Source: a virus
IMG/VR virus record: IMGVR_UViG_3300045988_116039
Coordinates: 1-64,000 of that record
Strand: one strand, 5' to 3'
Length of the DNA: 64,000 bases
The position numbers and the translations under genes are program-made. The notes beneath the pieces are model-generated. The model worked only from the letters and a program-made list of their open reading frames with translations, searched no databases and was not told the DNA's origin. Below are positions 18,951-28,870 of the stretch, in pieces. How positions within the stretch are numbered: the stretch's first letter is position 1; each line of letters opens with the position of its first letter.

Positions 18951-19449
18951 TTATTTCAATAATTAATCTACCTCTTTCTTTAATCATCCCCCTGCTTTCC
19001 ATATCCAGCACCTTCTTTACTGCATACTTCCATACAAAAGGAAATTCTGTTTCAAGTTTATCAAATTCCATCCGGTCAAGATACATGTCGAATACCGTAT
19101 GCTCCGATTCATGTAGAAAAACTATATTATCTCTGCAAGTGGCAACCGACTTATATATCCTTTTTGGAAGTATGTGACAGACGTTACATACTGTAGGAAA
19201 ATGAATAGCCTTACCAGTCATAGACATTCGAATGCTACCCAACTCCTCCAACATAAGACGAAAAAACCCAGATAAATCCGGGTTCTCTAACTTTTTCTTC
19301 TTGCTGCTGTTTTTAATGGATGTAATTCTGTTTTTTTTCTTCGGAGTCAACTCTTTGCTCCTACAAGCCTGGCATAAGCCATGACTTCTTATCATCACTT
19401 TTCGTCCGCATCGTTCGCAGACGTATAGCTTCTTTTCCTTGCTTTCCAT
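18925..19449 (-). CDS. Zinc-ribbon protein
   Basis: CERCGRK...CQAC N-terminal zinc ribbon; 174 aa. Confidence 0.5.
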   Translation of the reverse strand: MESKEKKLYVCERCGRKVMIRSHGLCQACRSKELTPKKKNRITSIKNSSKKKKLENPDLSGFFRLMLEELGSIRMSMTGKAIHFPTVCNVCHILPKRIYKSVATCRDNIVFLHESEHTVFDMYLDRMEFDKLETEFPFVWKYAVKKVLDMESRGMIKERGRLIIEIIDRYEKAL

Positions 19450-19634
19450 TCGAATAATAATGATATTATTGAAAAGAACAATCCCGCTGAAGCCAGTAGA
19501 TAAGGTACGTTCATTAATAATTTAGATACCTCGTCTGTCTTAATCACTATCAGAAGGAAAGCGCCTGCTGAAAGCAATGATATTATCGCCACAACAAGCG
19601 CTATGTTGGAAACTACATCAGCCTTACTCTTCAC
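19395..19634 (-). CDS. Small two-TM membrane protein
   Basis: 79 aa with two hydrophobic helices. It overlaps the downstream gene by 55 nt. Confidence 0.4.
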   Translation of the reverse strand: MKSKADVVSNIALVVAIISLLSAGAFLLIVIKTDEVSKLLMNVPYLLASAGLFFSIISLLFEWKARKRSYTSANDADEK

Positions 19635-20094
19635 TCTTCTTCTCGCCTAATTTTTCAGCTCCCTTCTGAAGATCGTATTTGAATACATCAATGATCTTCG
19701 TTTCAGCAATAGCTTCGCAATTCCAGTCTCCTAACGTGCCCTGCATACCTTTAGTTAACACAGCCTCAGCGTCTTTCGGATTGCCGGCTTGGACATACAT
19801 ATAGCATGGCGTTTTCTTTTCTTTACCTTTCTTTTCATCCAGTGTAATGTAATTCACCTTGCACTTATACCAGTACTCAGCTTCTCCGTTGAAAAAGATT
19901 TCTGACACTTTAATAGGGTTAATTTTTACAACCTCGAAAGAATTGTACAAATCCTTAAAGATCTCCAACGATCTTGATTCTGCCTCTGTATAAGACAAGG
20001 CATCCACCAAATACTTTTCAGTTACTTTCTTTTTTTTGCCGTTCTCGATATTATCAATCTCGGCTTTTACCGTAATTTCAAACCAGCGATTCAT
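19624..20094 (-). CDS. Hypothetical protein (resembles DUF4494 of Bacteroidetes/phage)
   Basis: MNRWFEITVKAE...EKYLVDALSYTEAESRSLEIF...WYKCKVNYITLDEKKGKEKK pattern. This is from memory. Confidence 0.45.
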   Translation of the reverse strand: MNRWFEITVKAEIDNIENGKKKKVTEKYLVDALSYTEAESRSLEIFKDLYNSFEVVKINPIKVSEIFFNGEAEYWYKCKVNYITLDEKKGKEKKTPCYMYVQAGNPKDAEAVLTKGMQGTLGDWNCEAIAETKIIDVFKYDLQKGAEKLGEKKSEE

Positions 20095-20105
20095 TGTATT
20101 AATAT

Positions 20106-20366
20106 TTAATTAGTTGATTTCTTTCCTTTTTCTATACTGTTTTTAAATCTTTCAGAACACCACTGCAAAACATCCATCATCATCATCTCATTATTAGATA
20201 AGATACCTTTTATAACTAAAGCCAGTTGACGAGGAGACATACGCTGACTCATATCAAACCTACATTCTTCTTCGTTTACTATCGTGATCACAAAATATTT
20301 GCAACCTTCTAAATGTATCAAGGCTTCAGCCATAGCCTCTTTAATCTTTTCTTCTTCCTCTTTCAT
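20106..20366 (-). CDS. Hypothetical protein
   Basis: ORF of 86 aa. Confidence 0.45.
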   Translation of the reverse strand: MKEEEEKIKEAMAEALIHLEGCKYFVITIVNEEECRFDMSQRMSPRQLALVIKGILSNNEMMMMDVLQWCSERFKNSIEKGKKSTN

Positions 20367-20434
20367 GTTTCTTACTTTTCGGACAAAGATATGTCTTTTG
20401 TTGCTTAATAAGAAACAAAATGATTTAATGTAAA

Positions 20435-21103
20435 TTAATTTTCTTCCGGGTCAACACCGATAGACATATTGTATCTTTTCCTGATAAAGACTTCTGTTTC
20501 TTCATTAAACGGGTAGGCTTCTTTCAAGAAAGCCATAGCCCGCTCCGCATCTTTATCTGCTATCTCAATATATCTCTCGAAAGTCATGCAAAGGTCGATG
20601 TTGTACGCACGCTCCTGTTTTATCTTGTCCACGTATTTCAACACTCGGCTTCTTATGTTGTTGGCTTCCTCTACCGTCTTATTAAATGATCCTATTTTTT
20701 CTGATTCAGGATCATTGTTTTCTTTGTTAACTCTTTCAAATTCTTCATTGGTGTATCCTACGCAACCCTCTACTGCCGGCACGACGCCCTCGTTTATGAC
20801 GTTTAACCTCTCATAAGATCGGTTTAAATACTTTGAATTCACTTTAAAAGCCCTGGACCCGACCAGTAAATTCGCCACCTCTGTAGCGTCCTCTATCTTT
20901 CTAAATCCTACACCTATGTCTTTAATGACAAATATCGGAACCCCGCAATCCGGGTACACAACTTCCTTTTCGTTCTTTATATTCCAATTTTTAGCTTCAA
21001 TTGGAATACCCTTACCAGCAAGCTCTTTGTCTATATACAGACTTATCTCTTCGTCTGTCAATGCCACAATCTCATCTCTGCTTAAATCAAAAACTGTTTT
21101 CAT
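20435..21103 (-). CDS. Hypothetical protein
   Basis: ORF of 222 aa. Confidence 0.55.
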   Translation of the reverse strand: MKTVFDLSRDEIVALTDEEISLYIDKELAGKGIPIEAKNWNIKNEKEVVYPDCGVPIFVIKDIGVGFRKIEDATEVANLLVGSRAFKVNSKYLNRSYERLNVINEGVVPAVEGCVGYTNEEFERVNKENNDPESEKIGSFNKTVEEANNIRSRVLKYVDKIKQERAYNIDLCMTFERYIEIADKDAERAMAFLKEAYPFNEETEVFIRKRYNMSIGVDPEEN

Positions 21104-21303
21104 TTCTTTTTATTTATTAAATTAAACAATCTACCTCTTTGTTCAGGCTCCGTATATTCTACCCATATATCGGCTGCCACATTTCTAAGAAATTCCATAA
21201 AGTCATGATGATCCCTGTATTCAACAGAATCGACTTTTCTCACAAAACTTAGGATTTCCTTTAACATCTTATTGTTTTCTTCAAGAAGCTCTCTGTCGGT
21301 CAT
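21100..21303 (-). CDS. Hypothetical protein
   Basis: ORF of 67 aa with a 4-nt overlap. Confidence 0.4.
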   Translation of the reverse strand: MTDRELLEENNKMLKEILSFVRKVDSVEYRDHHDFMEFLRNVAADIWVEYTEPEQRGRLFNLINKKK

Positions 21304-21488
21304 AACCTTTCAAATTTTCTTCTTAATTTATTCATTCTTCTATTTTCTTTAAAACAAGGAAATGGCTTATCTTTTACCGATAAATAACCATCTTGAATAC
21401 AGTCGCTTATAGCTTTAGAGGATAGTATTTTTACTAATTTTGTACCCGATCTATCATTAGGATCGTCAAGTCCTAAAACGTTTTGCAT
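21300..21488 (-). CDS. Hypothetical protein
   Basis: ORF of 62 aa. Confidence 0.4.
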   Translation of the reverse strand: MQNVLGLDDPNDRSGTKLVKILSSKAISDCIQDGYLSVKDKPFPCFKENRRMNKLRRKFERL

Positions 21489-21693
21489 TCCGGTATTAGA
21501 CCTCGCCTCTACGAATTAAATAACATTCTCCTTTTTTATTAGGATGCTTCTTAAACGGATCTTTTGGCAAATATATGTATTCATACTTATCAGTACATTT
21601 TTTTTGTTTCTCCAAATTGGATGAAGTGTTTTTCCTTTTTTGTCTCATAACTCTAACTTTTAAAAATGAATAATTAATTGAGTATATAATTAC

Positions 21694-21960
21694 CTAAGGT
21701 AATAGATCATCCAAATAAGCCCATGATTCCATTTCATCTAATCTGCATAAAATACATCCTGGACGGCTGGATATAAAAGTTCTGTTCTCTTCCAATATAC
21801 CCATAATTGGATTCTTTGATCCTATTGTTGATTTCTTAGGGAGAAACACAATAAAACGGTGGCAATCTGGAATTACTGTTATAGAATGCCATACGCTGTT
21901 AATGCGCCACTCTGCACCAGCTTTAAAAAGAGGAACAGCATATTCTATATCTTGTTTCAT
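21694..21960 (-). CDS. Hypothetical protein
   Basis: ORF of 88 aa. Confidence 0.45.
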   Translation of the reverse strand: MKQDIEYAVPLFKAGAEWRINSVWHSITVIPDCHRFIVFLPKKSTIGSKNPIMGILEENRTFISSRPGCILCRLDEMESWAYLDDLLP

Positions 21961-22004
21961 GTCTTATTATTGTTTAATTAATTTAAATATTTTTAGTTTT
22001 GAAA

Positions 22005-22250
22005 TTATTTAATATGCTTATCGGCTGGATTGATTATCAATCCATCGTCACATGAAGGGAATGATATGTTAGATTCTCCATTATCAAGATTAGTCAGTTT
22101 AACCGTTCCAGCATATTCATCATCCACAAAAAACAATTGACCCGAAGAAACCACAAACCTGCATTGATATGCATTCATCATTGCTCCAAGCTGTCTAATC
22201 TTAGTTTTAATCTCTAAAAGTTGAGCGTTGTTGATTATATTCTTATTCAT
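22005..22250 (-). CDS. Hypothetical protein
   Basis: ORF of 81 aa. Confidence 0.45.
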   Translation of the reverse strand: MNKNIINNAQLLEIKTKIRQLGAMMNAYQCRFVVSSGQLFFVDDEYAGTVKLTNLDNGESNISFPSCDDGLIINPADKHIK

Positions 22251-22256
22251 ATTTTA

Positions 22257-22448
22257 TTAAAGTTTATCTATTATTTTGTCACCCATTTCCTGCCATTCAT
22301 CACTCACGCTTATAACCAATCCTATGACAGTGAATGATAATAACAACGTAAAAATAAGCCATAACAGAAAGCAGATAAAAACACATACACACCTCATGAT
22401 TTTTTTAGTTGTTAGATAAAAGCAAAATCGGTTCATTTGACCCCGCAA
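22257..22448 (-). CDS. Small membrane protein
   Basis: 63 aa, strongly hydrophobic. Confidence 0.4.
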   Translation of the reverse strand: MRGQMNRFCFYLTTKKIMRCVCVFICFLLWLIFTLLLSFTVIGLVISVSDEWQEMGDKIIDKL

Positions 22449-23151
22449 TTGCTTTTATTTGTTCTGGATTGATAAAACTCTTAACTTGTTCGCTTATATT
22501 ACAAATGGACTTGATCATATCAACGAATAATTTCGAGGTACATTCGTTACACTCCACTTCCATTACCTGTTTATATCTATTGTATGATATGCTCGTTACA
22601 CAATTCAGCCAGTGCGCATAGGTTCCTTTTTCTGTATTTAACCTGCTGTATTCTACTTTTGTCTCTCCATTTCCATATTCAATTACTCTTTTTAGAAATG
22701 GTTTTGCATAAACACTAAAACCGAAAGGTTGGGCGTTTAAGGCATCTAAACGGGAAGTTCCATCCCTCCATTCTCCATTTTCATCGCCTCCTGTCCATTC
22801 CTTAGAGGGGTTAGGGACAATATTTCCGTTTTTGTCATATGAAAACATGCAATTCGTTTCCAGTTGATACTTAATAACAGGCACTTCTTCTACTATTTTA
22901 TAACTCAAACATCTCTTCAGAACTTCCCTGATTTGACTTTCCAAATCAGAAAGTGCTATACTATTGAAATATCCTTCGTTGCCTAATCTGTTTGTAGGTA
23001 ATTTGATCCCATAAGAATGAATCTTGTCCACATCTTCTTTTGACAAGGTAGTGGTAAACACTCCTTCTTTGGTGACATTCACTTTAGCAGTTACAGACAA
23101 ACTGTTATTAGCGTTCTTTTCCGTTATATTTAGTGTTGTTAATGCTGCCAT
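22405..23151 (-). CDS. Hypothetical protein
   Basis: ORF of 248 aa. Confidence 0.55.
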   Translation of the reverse strand: MAALTTLNITEKNANNSLSVTAKVNVTKEGVFTTTLSKEDVDKIHSYGIKLPTNRLGNEGYFNSIALSDLESQIREVLKRCLSYKIVEEVPVIKYQLETNCMFSYDKNGNIVPNPSKEWTGGDENGEWRDGTSRLDALNAQPFGFSVYAKPFLKRVIEYGNGETKVEYSRLNTEKGTYAHWLNCVTSISYNRYKQVMEVECNECTSKLFVDMIKSICNISEQVKSFINPEQIKAIAGSNEPILLLSNN

Positions 23152-23169
23152 AATCAGATCTTTTTAAAA

Positions 23170-23421
23170 TCAATTCGAATAAATATAATACATTCCTGCT
23201 TCATATACCTTATGTACATCAGGGTCATTCTTGTCTTCCGGTTCCAATTCACTCTCTTCACAAGTATAATCCCATTCAGAGTTGTAGTACATATCCTCGT
23301 CTGTTTTCTCCAAGGAACAATCTTTCATTAGATTCATATTTTCTCCCCATACTGCAACTTCTTGTCGTTGCTCTTCTTCTGTCATAAGGGATATTTTGTC
23401 TTTTAATTCTTTCCAGGTCAT
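23170..23421 (-). CDS. Hypothetical acidic protein
   Basis: ORF of 83 aa. Confidence 0.45.
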   Translation of the reverse strand: MTWKELKDKISLMTEEEQRQEVAVWGENMNLMKDCSLEKTDEDMYYNSEWDYTCEESELEPEDKNDPDVHKVYEAGMYYIYSN

Positions 23422-23445
23422 GATTTCTAAAATATGATCAATAAT

Positions 23446-23829
23446 TCATTCTACATCAAAAAGTTGATCTAACACCAATAATTCTGCATCCATATCTTCA
23501 TCTTTCGGGAAACGAACTTTTATGTTTCCGAACTTAGATGTCTTAAACAAGATGTAGGGGTTCATGTCTTCGGCGGTCACCGGCTTATATTCCTTAACTT
23601 CCGACATCTTGAGATACCAGTCGCCTATTTTTACAAATCCGGAGAAGACAGAACACAGATGCGCTTTTACAGACTGTATCTCCTTTTTATCTTTGAAAGG
23701 TATAATTTCGTCCTTTCCCCTTATCCTGATTGACAGAAAAGGACGAATGTTATCTGTTTCATTTTGGAACTTGAAGCCTGTTATAGCTTGCTTGGGGATT
23801 CTTCTTCCCATTAATATAAAATAGCTCAT
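23446..23829 (-). CDS. Hypothetical protein
   Basis: ORF of 127 aa. Confidence 0.5.
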   Translation of the reverse strand: MSYFILMGRRIPKQAITGFKFQNETDNIRPFLSIRIRGKDEIIPFKDKKEIQSVKAHLCSVFSGFVKIGDWYLKMSEVKEYKPVTAEDMNPYILFKTSKFGNIKVRFPKDEDMDAELLVLDQLFDVE

Positions 23830-24140
23830 TGTGATAAGTGATTTTGTTTTATGTTAGGTAAGTAATTTGTAATAACATCAAGTGATATCCATAACTCTGG
23901 CTCTATGCTGTTTTTTATTCTATCACTGAAAAGAGAATTATCATCACAATCACAATGAGAGATTGTGATATAACAATCTTGATAATCCCACCAATGAGCC
24001 GATTTAAAATCGTCTCCTCCATTCCAAAACCCTATTCTTATACCTCTTGGGTTGAAATCTTCATCTATCCAACTTGGGTGATAAGCCAACACTTCTTCTC
24101 CCTCTGAAGGTTTTTCCTCTTTGTATTTCTTCCAGTCCAT
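23826..24140 (-). CDS. Hypothetical protein
   Basis: ORF of 104 aa. Confidence 0.5.
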   Translation of the reverse strand: MDWKKYKEEKPSEGEEVLAYHPSWIDEDFNPRGIRIGFWNGGDDFKSAHWWDYQDCYITISHCDCDDNSLFSDRIKNSIEPELWISLDVITNYLPNIKQNHLSQ

Positions 24141-24151
24141 TTCACTTTTAA

Positions 24152-24976
24152 TTAGTTAGATACAAATATACAAGTTTTACTAAGATACCCTTCTGTCATC
24201 TCTATAAAGTTCACACAATCTAATTTGCTTAACTTGTAAATCAATGCCGGATTGTGTACTATGGCTATAATTTGTGTTTGTGGTTTATGGAATGACAATA
24301 CATTATAAATTTGCATTATGTTGTCAATGTCAAGATTCCTATCTGGCTCATCCATGAGAACCGTGTATTCAAAACTGCTTTCTGTTAATGTTATGCGGTT
24401 TCTTTCATAATACTTCAACAGGTTATCAATTCTTTTAATCCAAAACGCATTTGATTTTTTCTTGTATTCTACAAGATCTTGTATTGGAAACGTATAATCC
24501 TTTTGACCGAACATTAAATTGAAAAGCGATTCCAATGATAACACCACTTTCTCTCCATAAGATCTTCGAATATTATTCACATACAAATCTAAGTTGCTGA
24601 TGTTTTTCAATACGCTATCTCGATTCATCTCCGCCGATGGCAATAAACGGAATACTTTCCCTGCATAATCGGATGATATGTCAATCCCATCAAGAACCTT
24701 GTCATCATCATCATCAAATATAGGTGGAAAATCCAGTGCCTCGATCGGTATTTCAGAACACATGGATTTCTCACATAACGCATACATTGCAATTTCTATT
24801 ATCACCGGAAACTGATCATCAAAGTCAAACGCATTATTATCTTCTCCCCATTTTTTAAATTTTAGCTTTATACTTCCACCATTCTCCACTAATGCCTCTT
24901 TGATGTACTTTAATCTTTTTGCATTCAGATCAATCTCTGCTTTTTCTATTTCTTTGTACAATTCATTCAGATCCAT
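24152..24976 (-). CDS. ABC/SMC-type ATPase-like protein with only the C-terminal motifs (Walker B, D-loop, H-loop) and no recognisable Walker A
   Basis: TVLMDEPDRNLDIDN...IIAIVHNP matches the AAA_21/ABC C-terminal half. No GxxGxGK[ST] is present in this ORF or in the 34-aa ORF immediately upstream. Confidence 0.5.
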   Translation of the reverse strand: MDLNELYKEIEKAEIDLNAKRLKYIKEALVENGGSIKLKFKKWGEDNNAFDFDDQFPVIIEIAMYALCEKSMCSEIPIEALDFPPIFDDDDDKVLDGIDISSDYAGKVFRLLPSAEMNRDSVLKNISNLDLYVNNIRRSYGEKVVLSLESLFNLMFGQKDYTFPIQDLVEYKKKSNAFWIKRIDNLLKYYERNRITLTESSFEYTVLMDEPDRNLDIDNIMQIYNVLSFHKPQTQIIAIVHNPALIYKLSKLDCVNFIEMTEGYLSKTCIFVSN

Positions 24977-25063
24977 ATTCCACTATATTTATATTGTCAA
25001 ATTTTTCTTTTATAATATCCAAAGCACCGCACTCGTTTGTTACCATAACATACTTTCCCGGCT

Positions 25064-25315
25064 TCATTCCTTTATTCTCCTTATCTTTAAATTGTTATTC
25101 CCACAGTATTCCTTCAGCCAACTATCCGTTAGATAACGATTAACTCTATCGTATTTCTTTTTCGGACCCTTGCTCCAGAATTTCCATTCGTTTGTGATAT
25201 TGTACCCATATTTATCAAACCAATAGATATAATACACTACGTTACCATATAAATCCACTCTTTTTCTTTCCTGTATGACTACCTCATAAGGTATCTCCTT
25301 GTCTCTTTTTCCCAT
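25064..25315 (-). CDS. Hypothetical protein
   Basis: 83 aa, preceded by AAGGAGGACAAAG-ATG. Confidence 0.45.
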   Translation of the reverse strand: MGKRDKEIPYEVVIQERKRVDLYGNVVYYIYWFDKYGYNITNEWKFWSKGPKKKYDRVNRYLTDSWLKEYCGNNNLKIRRIKE

Positions 25316-25392
25316 CTTTGTCCTCCTTCCTTGAATAAAAAAACGGCGCCTATCTTCGCAGACCAGTGCCGGTAACTAACTTACATGGAAAA

Positions 25393-25803
25393 CTACTTAA
25401 CCTCAACTAATTCTACAGAGCTGTAGAATTTAGTGAAGCTACCAACAAATTCTCTTATATTTTTATATTCTTCTGGTCGTTTTCTGTTACCATCTTTTAT
25501 ATAATTCACCCACAGTCTATCCTCTATGTTCTTAATCGCATTCTCTATCGTAAATTCGTCGCTGACGCTCATTAAACACGAAGACCCGGTTTTCTTATGT
25601 GGTTTATATATCCTTGAAAAAGACCACATTTTTATTCTATCATATATATATCCGTTGTTGGGATAAACGAATCCTATCCGGCTGTCACCTTCTTTAGCGT
25701 AAAACACACCTGGCTCCTTCCCGCCCTTTCTATATACTACAAATCCTTTTTCTTTTAGGATATTAACCACTTTATCTAATTTATTTTCTACGTTCATTTT
25801 CAT
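25393..25803 (-). CDS. Hypothetical protein
   Basis: ORF of 136 aa. Confidence 0.5.
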   Translation of the reverse strand: MKMNVENKLDKVVNILKEKGFVVYRKGGKEPGVFYAKEGDSRIGFVYPNNGYIYDRIKMWSFSRIYKPHKKTGSSCLMSVSDEFTIENAIKNIEDRLWVNYIKDGNRKRPEEYKNIREFVGSFTKFYSSVELVEVK

Positions 25804-26254
25804 GCAAAAATTTAAAAACGACCCTCATTATAGTTGCGAAGTTCTCTACCTTAACCCACTCATGAGCTACTGCTCTAAGTACAGACGTTTCATATGTTGG
25901 GACATTGTCTTCTTTAACCACCTTACAAGAAGCCAGAACTCCTTCAGTCGGCTTTAGTCCACGGTCATGCAGCTCGCATAGACCGTCCGGCCGGCGGAAT
26001 GCGCACCACCCGTCTTTCTCTGTTGGCTGGATCATCGCTATTGGTTTTTCTTTCACTGCAAGATACCCTACCATCCACATTGTTTCTTTTAACCTGTCAG
26101 CGTATCCGGCATCTATGATAGCCTCTATGTCTTTTGGCGTACCAATACAAGGAACCTTACACATGTTCTTGCATTTATCACATGTACAAGGTTGCTCCCA
26201 TCTGTTATGATCTATGCCTACCAACTTCTTTATCCGTTCTACTTCTTCTTTCAT
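25781..26254 (-). CDS. Hypothetical Cys-rich protein
   Basis: 157 aa with a CTCDKCKNMCKVPC cluster. Confidence 0.5.
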   Translation of the reverse strand: MKEEVERIKKLVGIDHNRWEQPCTCDKCKNMCKVPCIGTPKDIEAIIDAGYADRLKETMWMVGYLAVKEKPIAMIQPTEKDGWCAFRRPDGLCELHDRGLKPTEGVLASCKVVKEDNVPTYETSVLRAVAHEWVKVENFATIMRVVFKFLHENERRK

Positions 26255-26255
26255 A

Positions 26256-26537
26256 TTATACTATCTCTGTTAGTTTTTCATAATACAACTTCATTTCCGG
26301 TGAAGCATATTCCATGAATGCTTCGAATAAGTGGGGTACCTCTATTATCATATTCACATTACAACCTTCTGCCTGTGAAAGAGATTCAAGATCATTACTG
26401 TATGAACACGTTACATAAGCTCCTACATTAAACACATGTAAATCTAATCTTACATATTCCATACATAAATCTAACGCTTTAAACAAGTTCTCTACCTCAA
26501 TCTCCTGAAATAGGTCTATAAACATCCTTAAATCCAT
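26256..26537 (-). CDS. Hypothetical protein
   Basis: ORF of 93 aa. Confidence 0.45.
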   Translation of the reverse strand: MDLRMFIDLFQEIEVENLFKALDLCMEYVRLDLHVFNVGAYVTCSYSNDLESLSQAEGCNVNMIIEVPHLFEAFMEYASPEMKLYYEKLTEIV

Positions 26538-26920
26538 TATTTTACCACCCTTTCTACATGTTTAATTAATACTACTGCTATTCCATTGCCGGTTTTTATC
26601 GCACATTCCGATCCCCTTATCCATTCTACACACCCTACATACTTTTCCGTAGCATGAAATCCGGGATTGTATTTTCCAGATGTACTGAACTCTACCGTAT
26701 CCCCTACCCTCAGATCATCAAAAGCAATAGACCATGTGGTCCAAATTCTGTCATGTCTCCCAGGCTGAATGGCCCCGATTACGCCTTTTTTACGACCGTT
26801 TTTTATTGCCCTTAGTATTATCTTCCTATCACCTTCGATAAGGCTGCAAAAGCGCCCGTAAAAGGTCAAATCAACCTGTTTTCCTCCTATTTCTTCTCTT
26901 ATTTTTGTTATTCTGTTCAT
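26537..26920 (-). CDS. Hypothetical protein
   Basis: ORF of 127 aa. Confidence 0.5.
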   Translation of the reverse strand: MNRITKIREEIGGKQVDLTFYGRFCSLIEGDRKIILRAIKNGRKKGVIGAIQPGRHDRIWTTWSIAFDDLRVGDTVEFSTSGKYNPGFHATEKYVGCVEWIRGSECAIKTGNGIAVVLIKHVERVVK

Positions 26921-27164
26921 TTTCTGATTTTGTTTTATTTTTTTCTTTGTTTTTTCTATCTTCTATAGAAGATGATAATAACATTATCTTTTCTATGTTA
27001 CTTTTTGACTGTAAAAAAGAATCGCATTTCATTACTACTACCACCTTCTTAAGTTCCCCATTATCGTATAGCGATACACGCATCATGTTTTGCACCTCGT
27101 CCACTATCAGACCTGGAGTAGTCTTAGCCATTTTGCGTAGCTTATTATACTCCGGTCTTTCCAT
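26871..27164 (-). CDS. Hypothetical protein with a low-complexity K/N-rich C-terminus
   Basis: 97 aa. Its 3' end lies in a low-complexity T-rich stretch and overlaps the next gene by 50 nt. Confidence 0.35.
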   Translation of the reverse strand: MERPEYNKLRKMAKTTPGLIVDEVQNMMRVSLYDNGELKKVVVVMKCDSFLQSKSNIEKIMLLSSSIEDRKNKEKNKTKSENEQNNKNKRRNRRKTG

Positions 27165-27429
27165 TTCCTCTGTTTATTACTCTATAGTATTTATCCTTAT
27201 CCCCTTCTTTCAACTTCTCCAGATAGAAAATTCCATCATGTAAATGAGACAAACAAAACCTGTATCCGTATTTCTGTACTCTTCTTACATGATCCCGCAG
27301 TCTTATCTCTTCACTTTTGTCTTGTACTTTGATTTTAATACTGTCTCCTTCTTTGATTGTGTATAAAATAGTTTGAATCTCTTCTTTTTTCATCTTATAA
27401 AATATTTTAACGGCAGCACCTATACTCAC
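27145..27429 (-). CDS. Hypothetical protein
   Basis: ORF of 94 aa. Confidence 0.45.
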   Translation of the reverse strand: MSIGAAVKIFYKMKKEEIQTILYTIKEGDSIKIKVQDKSEEIRLRDHVRRVQKYGYRFCLSHLHDGIFYLEKLKEGDKDKYYRVINRGNGKTGV

Positions 27430-27456
27430 GCACCACTACTGCCTTATGTTTAACAA

Positions 27457-28266
27457 TTAAATACTTAACTCTTCAATGGTCAAGCCTTTTTCTTTTGCCC
27501 ACTTTAGCATCGCGCATAATTCTGTTTCTGACTTATATTTCGGATCACGCCACGCCCATCCGAATTTATCCAGGACATGATGATATAATTCGTCGGCCTT
27601 TGCCGTGTAAATGTCTTTGAATAAATGCTCCGAACCTTCCGGTATAAGCATCTCTGTTGTTGCAAAATCGGAATACGATAAACATCCGTAAGCATATTCT
27701 GTTATTTCACTCCATGCTTCTCCGGCTTTAAATCCAAATTCTTTTACAAAAGCCAAAGTTAGATACATATTTAATAATATTGTTACATCATATCCGGAAT
27801 CCGACTTTCTTTCTATTATTTCCTTTTCAAATTCCTTTAAATCTTCAGGTCCTAAAAAGATGTATCCTGATACCGACCGGTAATTAGTCTCCGCATACTT
27901 CTTGCATTTATCATCATTGACAATCTTACTAATGTTAGATAACATCTTTTGCCTCCATTCATCACAAAACTCTACCTCTACGTTCATCCAATCAGTACCA
28001 TAATTATATTCTTTCGGATATCCGACCGATGTTACCTTTATACTATTCACGCCATATCCGTAAAGGCGTTCACTTACCTCATTCGCCCATTCCTGTACAA
28101 AAGGAATAAACTTATTGTAATAAGAATCAAAATCAAAATCCGATTCCTCCTCATATTCTGGCATCTCTTCATAATCCTGTTCAAAGAAATGACGAGGATC
28201 TGCTATTGTTTCGTAGAAACTTACGTTAATGAAACAAAACTCGTTGGTTGTCGTTTTTAATATCAT
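27457..28266 (-). CDS. Hypothetical acidic protein
   Basis: 269 aa and Glu/Asp/aromatic-rich. Anti-restriction-like acidity was considered but cannot be supported. Confidence 0.55.
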   Translation of the reverse strand: MILKTTTNEFCFINVSFYETIADPRHFFEQDYEEMPEYEEESDFDFDSYYNKFIPFVQEWANEVSERLYGYGVNSIKVTSVGYPKEYNYGTDWMNVEVEFCDEWRQKMLSNISKIVNDDKCKKYAETNYRSVSGYIFLGPEDLKEFEKEIIERKSDSGYDVTILLNMYLTLAFVKEFGFKAGEAWSEITEYAYGCLSYSDFATTEMLIPEGSEHLFKDIYTAKADELYHHVLDKFGWAWRDPKYKSETELCAMLKWAKEKGLTIEELSI

Positions 28267-28517
28267 AACTTTTTGTATTTACGTACATTTTTCTTGCCAT
28301 AGAATCTACACATGGCACGAATCTGACTATAAAATACTTTTGTCCTCCTGGCCTCAAAGTATTTAAACATTTCTTCATTCTTTGTTTCCCAAACGTAATC
28401 CGTTTGGGAACTCATGCGATCTTTCTCCTTGCGTGAATAATGGTAATATGATACCACAACACGTTTCATACTATTCTTTACAGGTACGATATTTACGTCT
28501 ATACTATTCTCTGTCAT
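28263..28517 (-). CDS. Hypothetical protein
   Basis: ORF of 84 aa. Confidence 0.45.
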   Translation of the reverse strand: MTENSIDVNIVPVKNSMKRVVVSYYHYSRKEKDRMSSQTDYVWETKNEEMFKYFEARRTKVFYSQIRAMCRFYGKKNVRKYKKL

Positions 28518-28636
28518 ATTATTATTGTTTTATGCATTATACAAATACAAAGAGCGCATACCTTCACAGGCCGGCGCTCCTTTCAATAAAAATGAAAAAA
28601 CTAATATTACATAAACATATTGTTTTCTACTCTTTA

Positions 28637-28870
28637 TTACAATACTTTTGTTCCGCAATTATTATATCTTCCGTACTCTTTTTTCGTATCATTCAAGATT
28701 TCAAAAACCATCTTCTTGTGATCTTCGTTTGGTAACCTATCCTTAACAGCCGATATTACGCCCGCTATAGACGTAAAGCCTGAATCTGTTATTGAACACA
28801 GCAACACGCCTCTGTCGGCTCCGGTGTTTATTGCTGACGCCTTTATAATATCATTCTTATATATTCTCAT
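28637..28870 (-). CDS. Hypothetical protein
   Basis: 77 aa. The tRNA-like motif lies 13-38 nt upstream of its start. Confidence 0.45.
   Translation of the reverse strand: MRIYKNDIIKASAINTGADRGVLLCSITDSGFTSIAGVISAVKDRLPNEDHKKMVFEILNDTKKEYGRYNNCGTKVL

Noticed and set aside
25316-25330. Canonical Shine-Dalgarno AAGGAGG 7 nt upstream of the ATG at 25315, hinting at a Firmicutes or Proteobacteria host
   Set aside because: Other genes show Bacteroidetes-type -7 TAnnTTTG promoter boxes with short or no leaders and no SD. The single strong SD is more likely chance or gene-specific.
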